A stretch of DNA of 61,043 bases, filler included, from an uncultured Methanosarcinales archaeon (GTDB lineage Archaea > Nanobdellota > Nanobdellia > Woesearchaeales > CAZPJY01), in assembly GCA_964587045.1 (NCBI GenBank). It is 4 parts of 4 records of this genome, joined end to end, with 100 filler letters (N's around TTAATTAATTAA, not from the genome) between each part and the next. Parts side by side here need not be neighbours in the genome. Positions count along the whole stretch, not along the records: positions 58,004 to 61,043 come from CAZPJY010000049.1; 3 more parts are not named here. One strand, given 5' to 3'. The notes under the pieces are model-generated. The model was not told where the DNA came from, did not search any database, and saw nothing but the letters and a program-made list of their open reading frames with translations. Shown piece by piece: positions 58,891 to 61,043 of this stretch. Numbering within the stretch: the first letter of the stretch is position 1; every line of letters starts with the position of its first letter. The translations under genes and the position numbers were made by a program.

Positions 58891-59550
58891 TTACGCCTCT
58901 TCTCCCTCAGAAGGCTCCTCTTTTGGCTTCCTCTCAGGCTCAGGTGTCGGGAGGAGCACCTTCTTGGCGTTCTCCTCTTCTTTTAGCACCCGCATCTCGC
59001 AGCTCCTGAGGGGGTAGATGCGCTTGAGCTCGTCCCTTACGGTGCGCTGCAGCTTGTACGTCACCAGGTCGTTCATCAGCTGCTCGAGCTTCATCTTGGC
59101 TATCTTCCTCACAATGGATTCCCTCATGTTTTTCCTGAGGGCGGAAACTACTGATCTTGATGTCGAGTCGCGTGTGATGATTAGCGGCTTGACGCGCACG
59201 ATCCTTCCGTCAGAGGTCTTGCAGGTGAAGGAGTCGTCTATGCGGTTCCTGTTCCTGCGCACGATCCTCTTGATCGAGGCAGGCACCATGTGAAAGCCGA
59301 CCGACTCGGTGGATGCCGTGAGGCCTGTTACCTTGATCACCTTCAGCTTGAGGATGGTGTTCTGCTTCTTGATGTCGCCTGTCAGCTCCATCAGGTTGAC
59401 GTTGACCATCTTGCCGTTGAGGGACTCTTCGTCAAGGGACATGGTCTCTCCGACCGGCCTCTCGTTGAAGAACTTCGGGGCCTGCAGCACGTACCACTTC
59501 TTCCTCTTCCACTTTAGGCCTGCTTTTGTGTCCTTTTTTACCTTAGCCAT
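58891..59550 (-). CDS. rps3ae: 30S ribosomal protein S3Ae (eS1)
   Basis: KKWY...APKFF, R.VRR....IDD, IYPLR..E.R. Confidence 0.93.
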   Translation of the reverse strand: MAKVKKDTKAGLKWKRKKWYVLQAPKFFNERPVGETMSLDEESLNGKMVNVNLMELTGDIKKQNTILKLKVIKVTGLTASTESVGFHMVPASIKRIVRRNRNRIDDSFTCKTSDGRIVRVKPLIITRDSTSRSVVSALRKNMRESIVRKIAKMKLEQLMNDLVTYKLQRTVRDELKRIYPLRSCEMRVLKEEENAKKVLLPTPEPERKPKEEPSEGEEA

Positions 59551-59590
59551 TGGATTGTGGGGATTCTATCTTCCTTTATAAAGCTTTGCG

Positions 59591-61043
<1,453 letters not shown>

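Overview
Archaeal DNA, most likely a DPANN (Woesearchaeota-like) genome, judged from the 16S sequence, histone, PolD, TBP and typical ORFans. The window is four contigs joined by artificial N-TTAATTAATTAA-N linkers (21355-21454, 42031-42130, 57904-58003), so adjacency across linkers is meaningless. Contig 1 is a core information-processing region: endA, rnz, histone, hjc, an ORB-flanked replication origin before cdc6-DP1-DP2, aIF-2beta, RPA, intein-containing MCM and TBP. Contig 2 has a MoxR/DUF58/vWA operon and a redox/metal operon with a palindromic operator and an orphan encapsulin-type ferritin. It ends in the main finding: an ~8 kb array of four small integrase-free cargo cassettes separated by five copies of a putative tRNA 3' end, three of which carry the same ~17-bp arm, suggesting an integron-like accretion system anchored on a tRNA. 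Contig 3 has the 5' half of 16S rRNA, an unlisted eL41/eS32 gene, a Ski2-like helicase, a K+ channel, paralogous Cys-rich surface lipoproteins and rubrerythrin. Contig 4 has eS1 and a partial gyrB. All calls come from motif recognition only; no searches were run.
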